Positions 56,578 through 64,000 of a stretch of 64,000 bases of DNA are shown in pieces. Position 1 is the stretch's first letter; every line of letters starts with the position of its first letter. The stretch is from Bacillales bacterium UBA4691 (GTDB taxonomy: Bacteria > Bacillota_I > Bacilli_A > RFN20 > CAG-826). Position numbers and translations under genes: made by a program. The DNA lies in contig DHKP01000009.1 in assembly GCA_002404865.1 (NCBI GenBank), positions 64,806 through 128,805 on the forward strand, in the 5' to 3' direction. The notes under the pieces are model-generated. The model was not told the DNA's origin. It saw nothing but the letters and a program-made list of their open reading frames with translations, and searched no databases.

Positions 56578-59500
56578 ATGGAAGAAATTTTAGTTACAAA
56601 ATCTCCCGATATTAATCAAACGGATACAATTCAGTATCACGAAAACAAAACAATCTTTAGTTTGGATGACAAAAACAATACCGACGGTTCACTGATTCTC
56701 ATTTATATGTATTTGTTGCCTAGATTCCAAACGCATGGAATCAAGGTAGGCATGACCAAATGCAGAATCGGAGAGACTTTTTGGCATGCAATTAAATCTA
56801 GGATACACGATCAGCAACACGAATTAGCGCTTACCGATGATCAATATCAAAAATACGGATTGGAAAGAGAGATCGTCTATTGGGGCATTTGCCTCGATGC
56901 AAAAAACGATTCCTTTAAAGATTATTCCGTCCATAACGAAATCAAAAAGACAAACGCTGGGATTGTGGAGAAGGAGCAGGAGTGGTTCACGAATGTTCCG
57001 ACCGACGAGCTCATCGGCATCTTCAATTCATTGAGACACACGGATGAAAACAAAGAAATATATACTCCAAGGAAAGAGCAGCAGGAATGCATCGACGCCA
57101 TGAGCGAGTATTTTGCCGAGAACCCAAACGGCCGATTCCTTTTGAACTGCAAAATGAGATTCGGCAAATCGTTCACGACCTACAAGTACTGCGAAGACCA
57201 TAATCTAGAGAGAATATTGATCCTTACCTTCGTACCAGCTGTTGAATCTTCTTGGCGTGAAGACTTAAGACATATTAAGAAAAGCTACAGGTATTTCACC
57301 GACGATAACCTAAGAAGAAGCGACTTCATGCTGGGTTTTATTCAAGATCCTTACGTCTTGTTCCTTTCGCTTCAAAATTACTTGGGCAAAGAAAAGAACG
57401 CAGATGTCAAAGCCAAGATTCAGCAATTGCAGAACATCGATTGGGACTTGGTCATCCTCGACGAATACCATTTCGGCGCATGGAACCAAAGAACACAAGG
57501 AACCCTGAAAGTCAAAGAGGAAAAGAGCGAAGACCTCGATAGCAACTACCAAGAGCAATTGAAGAAGACTGGCGACATCATCCAGAAATTCAATATCAAG
57601 ACTAGACAGACCATTTGCTTGTCCGGAACCCCGTTTAAGGCGTTGGCCAGGGGCGAGTTCACGGACAAATCCTCTTTCACGTACTCCTTTTTCGATGAGC
57701 AGAGAAACAAATATCCTAATAGCGACAAAGGCGATTTCTCTGTCGTGAATCCAAGTTACGCCGCCTTTCCAGACATTAAGATATTCGGATACAACATGTC
57801 CAGGCTTTTCGGCAATCTGACGGCTTCCGTTTTCTCAGAAGATAGATTGCTCACAAAAAAATATTTCTCTTTGAACAAATTCTTCGAAACAAGGCAGGAG
57901 AACAACCCGAATGAGCCATGCACGTTCATTTACGAGGATGAGATCAAGAAATGGCTTGAGATCATAAAGGGACGTTCCACTTTTGGAGATAAGTTTCCTT
58001 ATTCCAACCCACAGATGCTTCAAAACAATGTTCATACATTGTGGCTCATGCCGACAGTCAAATCGTGCAAGGCGATGGAAAAGCTTTTGAAGTCGGATGA
58101 ATACTTTTCCAGATATCAGATTATCAATCTATCTCAGGATGGCGTGGGTGCCGGAAACGACGCTTACGAATATTTGATGAACGGCATCACCGAATCCGAG
58201 AACACCAATAAGCTCGGGTCGATTGCGATAACGGTCAATAAGCTGACCATTGGTGTTACGGTTAAGAAATGGTCCAGCGTGTTCGTGCTGAAGGATTTGG
58301 CCAGCCCTGAGCAGTATTTTCAGGCAATTTTCAGAATACAGACACCATATGTTGTGAATGGGGTAATTGAGAAGAAAGATGGATACGTCTACGATTTTAA
58401 TATCGATAGGGCCAGTGCCTTGCTTTTGAAGTACGCCGAGCAATCGGAGAATGAGCAGACGACAAAACTTCAGATTGCGAAGCTGATTGTTAAATACATG
58501 CCGATTTTTGTGAATGGCGACATGTCTGACCCGATCTCAGAACAAGTGTTCTACGAGTTGGCGCAATATGGCGATTCCAGTGGGATTCCTTTGTCGAGGA
58601 AAATCACAGACACTACCAAAACCACTAGAATGCTCGACGAAGAGACGATGGCTGAGATGCTCAACGACAAAGAGGTCAGTGACATCATCAAGAGGGTTTT
58701 CGCGCATGCAAAATTCGGGAAAACGAAGACAAGGACTGTCCCGGCCAAGCCTGAAGATGGCTTTGATACGAAAATAGCGCAGGAAGGCAGGAACAAAGGC
58801 TACGAGCTTGGTCAGCAAGACTATCAAAATTATGTTGACTATGACGATAATCAAGTCCAAACGGAATTTGAAAAAGCCCTTTTCGATTACATCAAAGAAT
58901 ACTGCCCGAAGGATTATGATCAGGCAAAAGCCGCTTGGTATGCCAATGGGTTCAAAAAAGGTTACGAAGCTGGCGTCAACGCCCCCATCAAAAAAGAGCA
59001 ATGTGGCCACGACGACGGTGTTAAGTTCGTTGATGTGATAAAGAAAAGATTTAGCAAGGACATCAAATATACCAGCAACACTAGAGTGATGATTGATAAT
59101 TTTGTAAAAGCCTATTTGAACGACACAAAGAATATCCCTGTTAAATATAGAGGCATGCTTTACAGAAGATGGTATTGCGATTCTTTTAGAAGAGCCGTGA
59201 AAACCAATCTAACACCTGTTGTCGACCCAAAAAACGGCGAGACGATTGAAGATGCCGATAATGTATTGAAGCATTTACTCGCAAGATTGTTTGAATTCTT
59301 ATATATCAGCGTATACCGCGAGACCACCTTTATGGAAATCTTCAATAATGCCGATCCTAATGTTTTCTTAGAAGCGGTTGGCATCACTAAAAAAGATTTC
59401 GAAATACTCAACAAATACAAAGTCTTCCAAGAGGATGTTTTAAATAACTACATACATGATTTCTTCGTGAATGAATCTTTAGGAAGTAAGTTGGACTTAA

Positions 59501-59877
59501 AGGATGAGGAAGTCCAAAAACAATATAGAAATAGTTTTGATTGGTTTGGATTCGGACTCGAAAGTGACGATGCCACGCAAGAAGAAATATTGGAAAACAA
59601 AGATGTCAACTCTATGAAAAATGATTTTATAGAAAAAACGGTAATAAATGTTGATTCTGAAAATCCTGAAGAAGAACCACGAGAGGATGAAGATGCCAAC
59701 CAATCGGAACCCACTTTGCTCGACAAAATCAAAGACCTTCTTTCTACAAAACAAATGAAGTCTTCGAAGATTGCCTTAGAATTGGGTGTTTCTAAAAAGG
59801 AAATCAACCAAGTTTTATACGCTCATAGTGATATTTTTGTTAAAGATTTATTTTTCAATTGGAAGTTAAAAAGATAA
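56578..59877 (+). CDS. GIY-YIG/T5orf172-like nuclease + SF2 (ResIII/SNF2-like) helicase + C-terminal Z-alpha-like winged helix protein
   Basis: 1099-aa ORF starting 1 nt after the MTase stop. Residues 38-150 read LILIYMY..GIKVGMT..KSRI..VHNEI..EQEWF (T5orf172 pattern). Helicase motifs are RFGKSFT (194-200), LDEYH (294-298), LSGTP (348-352) and QAIFRIQTP. An acidic stretch follows. The final 56 aa read ..SSKIALELGVSKKEINQVLY...NWKL. Confidence 0.75.
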   Translation: MEEILVTKSPDINQTDTIQYHENKTIFSLDDKNNTDGSLILIYMYLLPRFQTHGIKVGMTKCRIGETFWHAIKSRIHDQQHELALTDDQYQKYGLEREIVYWGICLDAKNDSFKDYSVHNEIKKTNAGIVEKEQEWFTNVPTDELIGIFNSLRHTDENKEIYTPRKEQQECIDAMSEYFAENPNGRFLLNCKMRFGKSFTTYKYCEDHNLERILILTFVPAVESSWREDLRHIKKSYRYFTDDNLRRSDFMLGFIQDPYVLFLSLQNYLGKEKNADVKAKIQQLQNIDWDLVILDEYHFGAWNQRTQGTLKVKEEKSEDLDSNYQEQLKKTGDIIQKFNIKTRQTICLSGTPFKALARGEFTDKSSFTYSFFDEQRNKYPNSDKGDFSVVNPSYAAFPDIKIFGYNMSRLFGNLTASVFSEDRLLTKKYFSLNKFFETRQENNPNEPCTFIYEDEIKKWLEIIKGRSTFGDKFPYSNPQMLQNNVHTLWLMPTVKSCKAMEKLLKSDEYFSRYQIINLSQDGVGAGNDAYEYLMNGITESENTNKLGSIAITVNKLTIGVTVKKWSSVFVLKDLASPEQYFQAIFRIQTPYVVNGVIEKKDGYVYDFNIDRASALLLKYAEQSENEQTTKLQIAKLIVKYMPIFVNGDMSDPISEQVFYELAQYGDSSGIPLSRKITDTTKTTRMLDEETMAEMLNDKEVSDIIKRVFAHAKFGKTKTRTVPAKPEDGFDTKIAQEGRNKGYELGQQDYQNYVDYDDNQVQTEFEKALFDYIKEYCPKDYDQAKAAWYANGFKKGYEAGVNAPIKKEQCGHDDGVKFVDVIKKRFSKDIKYTSNTRVMIDNFVKAYLNDTKNIPVKYRGMLYRRWYCDSFRRAVKTNLTPVVDPKNGETIEDADNVLKHLLARLFEFLYISVYRETTFMEIFNNADPNVFLEAVGITKKDFEILNKYKVFQEDVLNNYIHDFFVNESLGSKLDLKDEEVQKQYRNSFDWFGFGLESDDATQEEILENKDVNSMKNDFIEKTVINVDSENPEEEPREDEDANQSEPTLLDKIKDLLSTKQMKSSKIALELGVSKKEINQVLYAHSDIFVKDLFFNWKLKR

Positions 59878-59885
59878 ATTTTAAT

Positions 59886-60833
59886 ATGGATAAAAAGATT
59901 AGATGCATAAATGAGTTTTATAAAACAAAGATCTATAAAGGACCAAAGTATCTATATAAATATAGACCCTTTGACGAACATACTTTTGATATGCTCGAAA
60001 ATGATTATCTATATCTTTGCAAAGCTAAAAATCTTGACGATCCTACTGAGTGCGCAGCAACCATTGATTTTAATAAATTCTATGATCTAGAAACTAACAA
60101 CGTTAAGAGAGAATGCGTCCAATTTATTATTGAAAAGCTTAGGCCGTATACAAGCGAAGAAAATTATCAAATGATTCTAACTATTATGGGCTCCATGATG
60201 AATAGGAACGGAACCATAAGGCCTAATTATTTGCTCGATTGTCAATCACAACTGCAAGCTCTTTTACCAGAAGACTATGATGTCGCACCATTTATAAACT
60301 GGATTGTAGGCATACCTGAAAAATTGGATTCCCCTGAAATCAAGCCTCAAATTTATACGTTGATCAAAGCAATGTACAACGCGAGGGAGGAGCTTGGAAT
60401 TTGTTCTTTAAGTGCAAATAAAAATGATGAAACAATGTGGAAAGAATACGCTGCTAATGGGATGGGATATTGTGTCGAGTACGATATGACTGATTATGAT
60501 TATCTTAACCTTTTGTTTCCTGTGATATATGTTTCTGAAAACGAGAGAGAAACCGACATAACAACAAAGATTCTTCTATCGTTTATTGAGAATATGATTG
60601 AAGGTTTCTCTCACGGAACTATTGAAGCCGATGTTTCCCAATGTATAACACTCTTTCTTACGAAATACGACAAATGGAAATATCAAAATGAATGGCGATT
60701 GCTTGGAGATGCGGCTTCAAAGCTAAAGGCACCAAAAATCAATGCAATTTATCTTGGAAAGCGAGTATCCAAAACTAATCTCAATGCAATGAATAATTTC
60801 TCTAAAGGTAAATTCAAAATGATTAAAGATTAG
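59886..60833 (+). CDS. DUF2971-like protein
   Basis: It has the signature YLYKYRPFDEHTFDMLENDYLYLCKAKNLDDPTEC (LYKYR.f....l..l....lw.s....fNDP.E pattern). The ATG at 59886, 9 nt after the upstream stop, is preferred to the track start at 59859. Confidence 0.65.
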   Translation: MDKKIRCINEFYKTKIYKGPKYLYKYRPFDEHTFDMLENDYLYLCKAKNLDDPTECAATIDFNKFYDLETNNVKRECVQFIIEKLRPYTSEENYQMILTIMGSMMNRNGTIRPNYLLDCQSQLQALLPEDYDVAPFINWIVGIPEKLDSPEIKPQIYTLIKAMYNAREELGICSLSANKNDETMWKEYAANGMGYCVEYDMTDYDYLNLLFPVIYVSENERETDITTKILLSFIENMIEGFSHGTIEADVSQCITLFLTKYDKWKYQNEWRLLGDAASKLKAPKINAIYLGKRVSKTNLNAMNNFSKGKFKMIKD

Positions 60834-60836
60834 GAG

Positions 60837-62870
60837 GTGAAACAATTGGATGACATTATAGAAGAAATAAAAAAGAGCTGTCCATTTAAGACGGAAGCAG
60901 AACTATTTGACTATTTAAAAACAACGTTAACAGGATACGATTTAATCGATTTATTAGAAAAGCTGAGTTGCCTCAGGTTTTTCTCACTTACCAGTTTTTT
61001 GACGTATTCTGAAACTGAAAGAAACGGGGTAAGGAAAATATTTGATGAAGGCTTTTCTTTCCTCGTTCCATTTTTGTTTTGCTTTAAAATAGAAGAAGGC
61101 GATGAAAAAATTAGATATGACAAAATCAAATCGATTTGTCAAAATATTTCCTATTTTTTATTTGTGACACGGATGAACAAACGTGGGAATGACAAAATTG
61201 ATTATATCCAAAATAATTTAACGGATTTGTTCGCTGATTTTAAAGCTATTCCTGTGGGTTGTATATTAGAGTGTGAAGACGATTTAATGATTCAAAAATA
61301 CGATGTCACATCTTCGGACTTGCTCAAAGAATTACTAATAGTTTTTCCAAAAAGAATTTTCAGCCCTAAAACAAAAATTCAAGCTTTCGAGCCAAGTTAT
61401 TTTATCGATAATTTTTCTTCAATAATAGATACAAGTGGTTTCATTATTAGCAAAGATTGCAAGTCATATAATTTATGTAACGATTTATCCGCTGGGCTAG
61501 GAACTTTAGGAATAGGAAGCTTTAATGTTTCCAATCCTTTATCTACTATTAATTTATCTCGCAAGCTTTTTATAAAAAAGAACGGTATATTGTATAACTT
61601 GAATGATGATTTGATATGCGGAAGATTAAATAGATCGGTTGAATCATTGTTTTCTTCACAGAAAGAAAAAGACGAGTGGAGAATTAAATATAAGGAAAAA
61701 ACCGAATCTATAGTCAAGGAAGTTTTTGAAAAATATTTAATTGGTGGGGTTTATTACGAAAACAATTTTTATAAAGGAAAAAATGGGAATTTTTGCGAAA
61801 ACGATGGCATGTTTGTTTACCATGATTTTGCGATTTGCATAGAAATAAAAGGGAATAAATTTAATCCTGATCCAGTAAGCGAAAACTCTGAAAAAGTAGA
61901 GGATTCTTATAAAAATGTTTTAAGTAAAGCTAAGGCACAAGTTATAAGAATTAGAGAAGAGATTGAGCAACAACAAAACTTTACAATCTATGATTCCAAA
62001 AGGAAGCCCATATTTCATTTCGATAACCTTAATACAAAAAACATCATAGGGATTTGCATCTATTTTGAGGATATAGGGACTTATCTTGCCGATTTTGCCA
62101 AAGAGCCGGAGCGGATAATTCATATTTCGTTTTATGACCTATTGATGGTATTTGAATACCTGGAAAACCCGCTATTAATTATCAAATATTTATTTGAGCG
62201 CAGCGGACCTATTAAAAATGAGAAAATATATCTAAACGATGAAATGATGTTTTTAAGCCTCTTTAGGGATTGCATACATTTGAACTCATATATTAATGAT
62301 CAAAACATTTATAAACAGCAAAATATAGGCAATATATTTTTTCCAAACGACGAATTCGGAATGGAAATTGAACTGTATTTTATGGGTGGTAGATCAAAAC
62401 CCCCAATTATGATTAATGAGTTTGTAAATCGAATCGTTAGCACAGACGATTACTCGGCGATTGATGACAACTTATTTACTGGATTGTTCACTATTCTTTG
62501 TGAGTCAAAAGAAAAATGGGAAGCCATAGAGATAAAATTTAAGGAAAAGAATAATTCAAAATCAAGGATGCCGATTGTTTTGTCCTATTTTAATAAAACT
62601 GGTAGTGCTTTTGCTTTGATGTTTATTTCGCGAGGGCACAATCCTTATCAAAAAAGACAAAGTATAGCATTTGCAAAAAGATATTTTGAATATCGTGAAC
62701 AGGTGGGCACTATTTACCTTATTTCGGTAGGTAAAGATTATAGCAATTACTTAAAGATAAATAAACAGGACGAATTTTTAAAAGACATTGATGATAAAAG
62801 CCTGCTATCTGATATCCGCTTTAGTATCGTCAGTCACACTCAATTTTTTGATGATGAGATAGTGAATTAA
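60837..62870 (+). CDS. Large uncharacterised protein with a central PD-(D/E)xK-like motif
   Basis: 677-aa ORF. The GTG at 60837 abuts GGAGG with no spacer, so the TTG at 60846 may be the real start. The candidate nuclease core is ENDGMFVYHDFAICIEIKGNK (about nt 61796-61852). The gene is very AT-rich and no other family was recognised. Confidence 0.55.
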   Translation: MKQLDDIIEEIKKSCPFKTEAELFDYLKTTLTGYDLIDLLEKLSCLRFFSLTSFLTYSETERNGVRKIFDEGFSFLVPFLFCFKIEEGDEKIRYDKIKSICQNISYFLFVTRMNKRGNDKIDYIQNNLTDLFADFKAIPVGCILECEDDLMIQKYDVTSSDLLKELLIVFPKRIFSPKTKIQAFEPSYFIDNFSSIIDTSGFIISKDCKSYNLCNDLSAGLGTLGIGSFNVSNPLSTINLSRKLFIKKNGILYNLNDDLICGRLNRSVESLFSSQKEKDEWRIKYKEKTESIVKEVFEKYLIGGVYYENNFYKGKNGNFCENDGMFVYHDFAICIEIKGNKFNPDPVSENSEKVEDSYKNVLSKAKAQVIRIREEIEQQQNFTIYDSKRKPIFHFDNLNTKNIIGICIYFEDIGTYLADFAKEPERIIHISFYDLLMVFEYLENPLLIIKYLFERSGPIKNEKIYLNDEMMFLSLFRDCIHLNSYINDQNIYKQQNIGNIFFPNDEFGMEIELYFMGGRSKPPIMINEFVNRIVSTDDYSAIDDNLFTGLFTILCESKEKWEAIEIKFKEKNNSKSRMPIVLSYFNKTGSAFALMFISRGHNPYQKRQSIAFAKRYFEYREQVGTIYLISVGKDYSNYLKINKQDEFLKDIDDKSLLSDIRFSIVSHTQFFDDEIVN

Positions 62871-63040
62871 AGCAAATTGATAACGCTGATTAAATCACAA
62901 TAGTTGCATTGCAACAATTTACAAATTTTCCTTAAGGTTGCTAGACTTACATCGTCGTTGCTTTTCATCAAATCATAATCTTCAGAGCTTATACCAGATT
63001 TGGATATGAGCTCTTTTTTCGTCATGTCTTTTTCTTTCAT
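62867..63040 (-). CDS. Small XRE-family HTH protein
   Basis: This gene is below the track cutoff. Hand translation gives MKEKDMTKKELISKSGISSEDYDLMKSNDDVSLATLRKICKLLQCNYCDLISVINLL (57 aa). Its start overlaps the upstream gene's stop (ATGA at 63037-63040). It converges on the 677-aa gene with a 4-nt overlap of their stops. Confidence 0.75.
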   Translation of the reverse strand: MKEKDMTKKELISKSGISSEDYDLMKSNDDVSLATLRKICKLLQCNYCDLISVINLL

Positions 63041-63561
63041 GAGAGACCATAAACCATCATAAGATGTATATCCAAAATCCTCGTTATTTTGCTTAATATC
63101 ATCGCAAAAGGCCTTTTTTTCCTTCTGATTATGCGTTGGATGTGGTCGTTTAAAAGCGCGGTGACGTCTTTGGTGATGTAGCCTTTTCTAACAGTCAAAC
63201 CAATGGCTCTAAAGTCTTCTATCATGCACATTTTCGCTTTGCCGTCTAGCTCGCAATACTCAATGGCGTCCTCTAAGCCTTCCTGACAGATGAGTGAAGG
63301 GCTGAGGGACAAAGCATCGCGATAGGAGATGTCTTTGCCGCTTTTCGGGTTCATGAGCTTTCTTGCGTACTCCCCTTTTTGGATAGCTTCGACAATTCCG
63401 GCTTTTTCGTTCTCGAAATCCTTGATGAACCATGTCCATATCGTCTCATAGACCATGGCTGCGTTGATCCTTTCCCCAGGTGAGGCAATCCTCAGAATCG
63501 CATTGTAGAGATTCTTCTCCAAGATTTCGAAAATGGATCCGATGGTGGCGCTTGCTTTCAT
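63037..63561 (-). CDS. Hypothetical protein (GC-richer, foreign-looking), translationally coupled to the small HTH
   Basis: The ATG at 63561 (MKASATIG) is preceded by AAGGGGGAA and is preferred to the track start at 63624. No family was recognised. Confidence 0.5.
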   Translation of the reverse strand: MKASATIGSIFEILEKNLYNAILRIASPGERINAAMVYETIWTWFIKDFENEKAGIVEAIQKGEYARKLMNPKSGKDISYRDALSLSPSLICQEGLEDAIEYCELDGKAKMCMIEDFRAIGLTVRKGYITKDVTALLNDHIQRIIRRKKRPFAMILSKITRILDIHLMMVYGLS

Positions 63562-63762
63562 AATTCCGTTCCCCCTTTGAAGCACGGCCGAAATCAGTCC
63601 CGTCTGATCTCGTTTCAAAAACAAGCTCTAATGCAATGACATTGCGGAACGATAGTGATCCGTGATGGATGTTTCCTCAATTTTAACATGAATGGCACGA
63701 TTTCCGAATTGCAAGGAGTCTAAAGCTTTGGAAACAGCCCATCGAAAAGGGAGGACACGCTT

Positions 63763-63924
63763 ATGTGGGAGGAGATAAGAACGCCCGAAGGGAAGCTCCT
63801 TTTCCGAATCAACCGGAAAGAGAAGCTCGTGGAGGGCAAGAAAGGCGATTGGATCGTGACAGCCAGCTTAATCGGAAAGGAGGTGAAAGTGGAAAGAAAA
63901 GGCGGACAAAAGAAAACGAATTAG
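63763..63924 (+). CDS. Small hypothetical protein (53 aa)
   Basis: Hand translation gives MWEEIRTPEGKLLFRINRKEKLVEGKKGDWIVTASLIGKEVKVERKGGQKKTN. A strong RBS, AAAGGGAGG, lies 7 nt upstream. Local GC is high. Confidence 0.4.
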   Translation: MWEEIRTPEGKLLFRINRKEKLVEGKKGDWIVTASLIGKEVKVERKGGQKKTN

Positions 63925-64000
63925 CAGACACAGTCTAAGACAAAGAAGCAAACCCCAGATGAACAAGATGAACACGGATTTACGTCTTCCAAGGAAAGAG

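Larger units (their letters stand above)
53213..64000. other. Putative horizontally acquired island (defence operon plus GC-rich module); the right boundary lies beyond the window
   Basis: It begins after the rlmD terminator. Base composition shifts in hand counts of single 60-nt lines: 17-20/60 G+C at 61.4-62.3 kb, 26/60 in gyrB and 34/60 at 63.78 kb. The gene content is of the restriction-modification/defence type. Confidence 0.55.

Noticed and set aside
1-64000. CRISPR arrays, tRNA and rRNA genes, intact IS elements or integrases
   Set aside because: I scanned by eye for regularly spaced repeats, T-arm GGTTCGAnTCC-type motifs and recombinase-like ORFs, and found none. A tRNAscan/CRISPR-finder run would be the formal check.

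Overview
This window covers the chromosomal replication-origin region of a low-GC Firmicutes/Mollicutes-like bacterium. It uses the standard genetic code: dnaN and recF both end in TGA. The gene content looks Acholeplasma- or Erysipelotrichia-like, but the taxon cannot be proven from sequence alone.

Layout:
- 0-8.7 kb (minus strand): ispE, rsmA, rnmV, tatD, mnmE, a membrane/DUF2188 protein, jag, yidC, rnpA and rpmH.
- 8.7-10.7 kb: a bipartite oriC with repeated TTTTCCACA DnaA boxes on both sides of dnaA.
- 9.1-29.7 kb (plus strand): dnaA, dnaN, yaaA, recF, gyrB, gyrA, a glycosyltransferase-like gene, serS, a minimal SRP RNA, tadA, a fused MacB-like ABC transporter, a P-type ATPase, psuG, a TetR regulator and a membrane protein.
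- 30-39.3 kb: four tandem paralogous lipoprotein genes. They are interrupted by a GC-rich non-coding segment and a G10 tract that splits a promoter-like element.
- 39.3-45 kb: an AbiEi-like gene, pmbA/tldD, an MBL hydrolase and an AraC regulator.
- 45-49.5 kb: a decayed accessory islet. It holds a frameshifted KilA-N pseudogene, an HTH-Vat acetyltransferase fusion, a pRiA4b-ORF3 pseudogene and an AlbA_2/HATPase_c_4 gene flanked by direct repeats.
- 49.9-53.1 kb: rpmE, metG and rlmD.
- 53.7-62.9 kb: the most interesting locus, directly after the rlmD terminator. It is a tightly packed, AT-rich six-gene operon: an XRE HTH, an NPPY-less methyltransferase-like protein, an NPPY N6-adenine methyltransferase, a 1099-aa GIY-YIG/T5orf172-like + SF2 helicase + Z-alpha-like wHTH protein, a DUF2971-like protein, and a 677-aa protein with a PD-(D/E)xK-like motif. 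I do not recognise this combination as a named defence system.
- 62.9-64 kb: a GC-rich module that looks foreign.

No tRNA, rRNA or CRISPR array was seen. All domain calls rest on motif recognition by eye; no database search was run.
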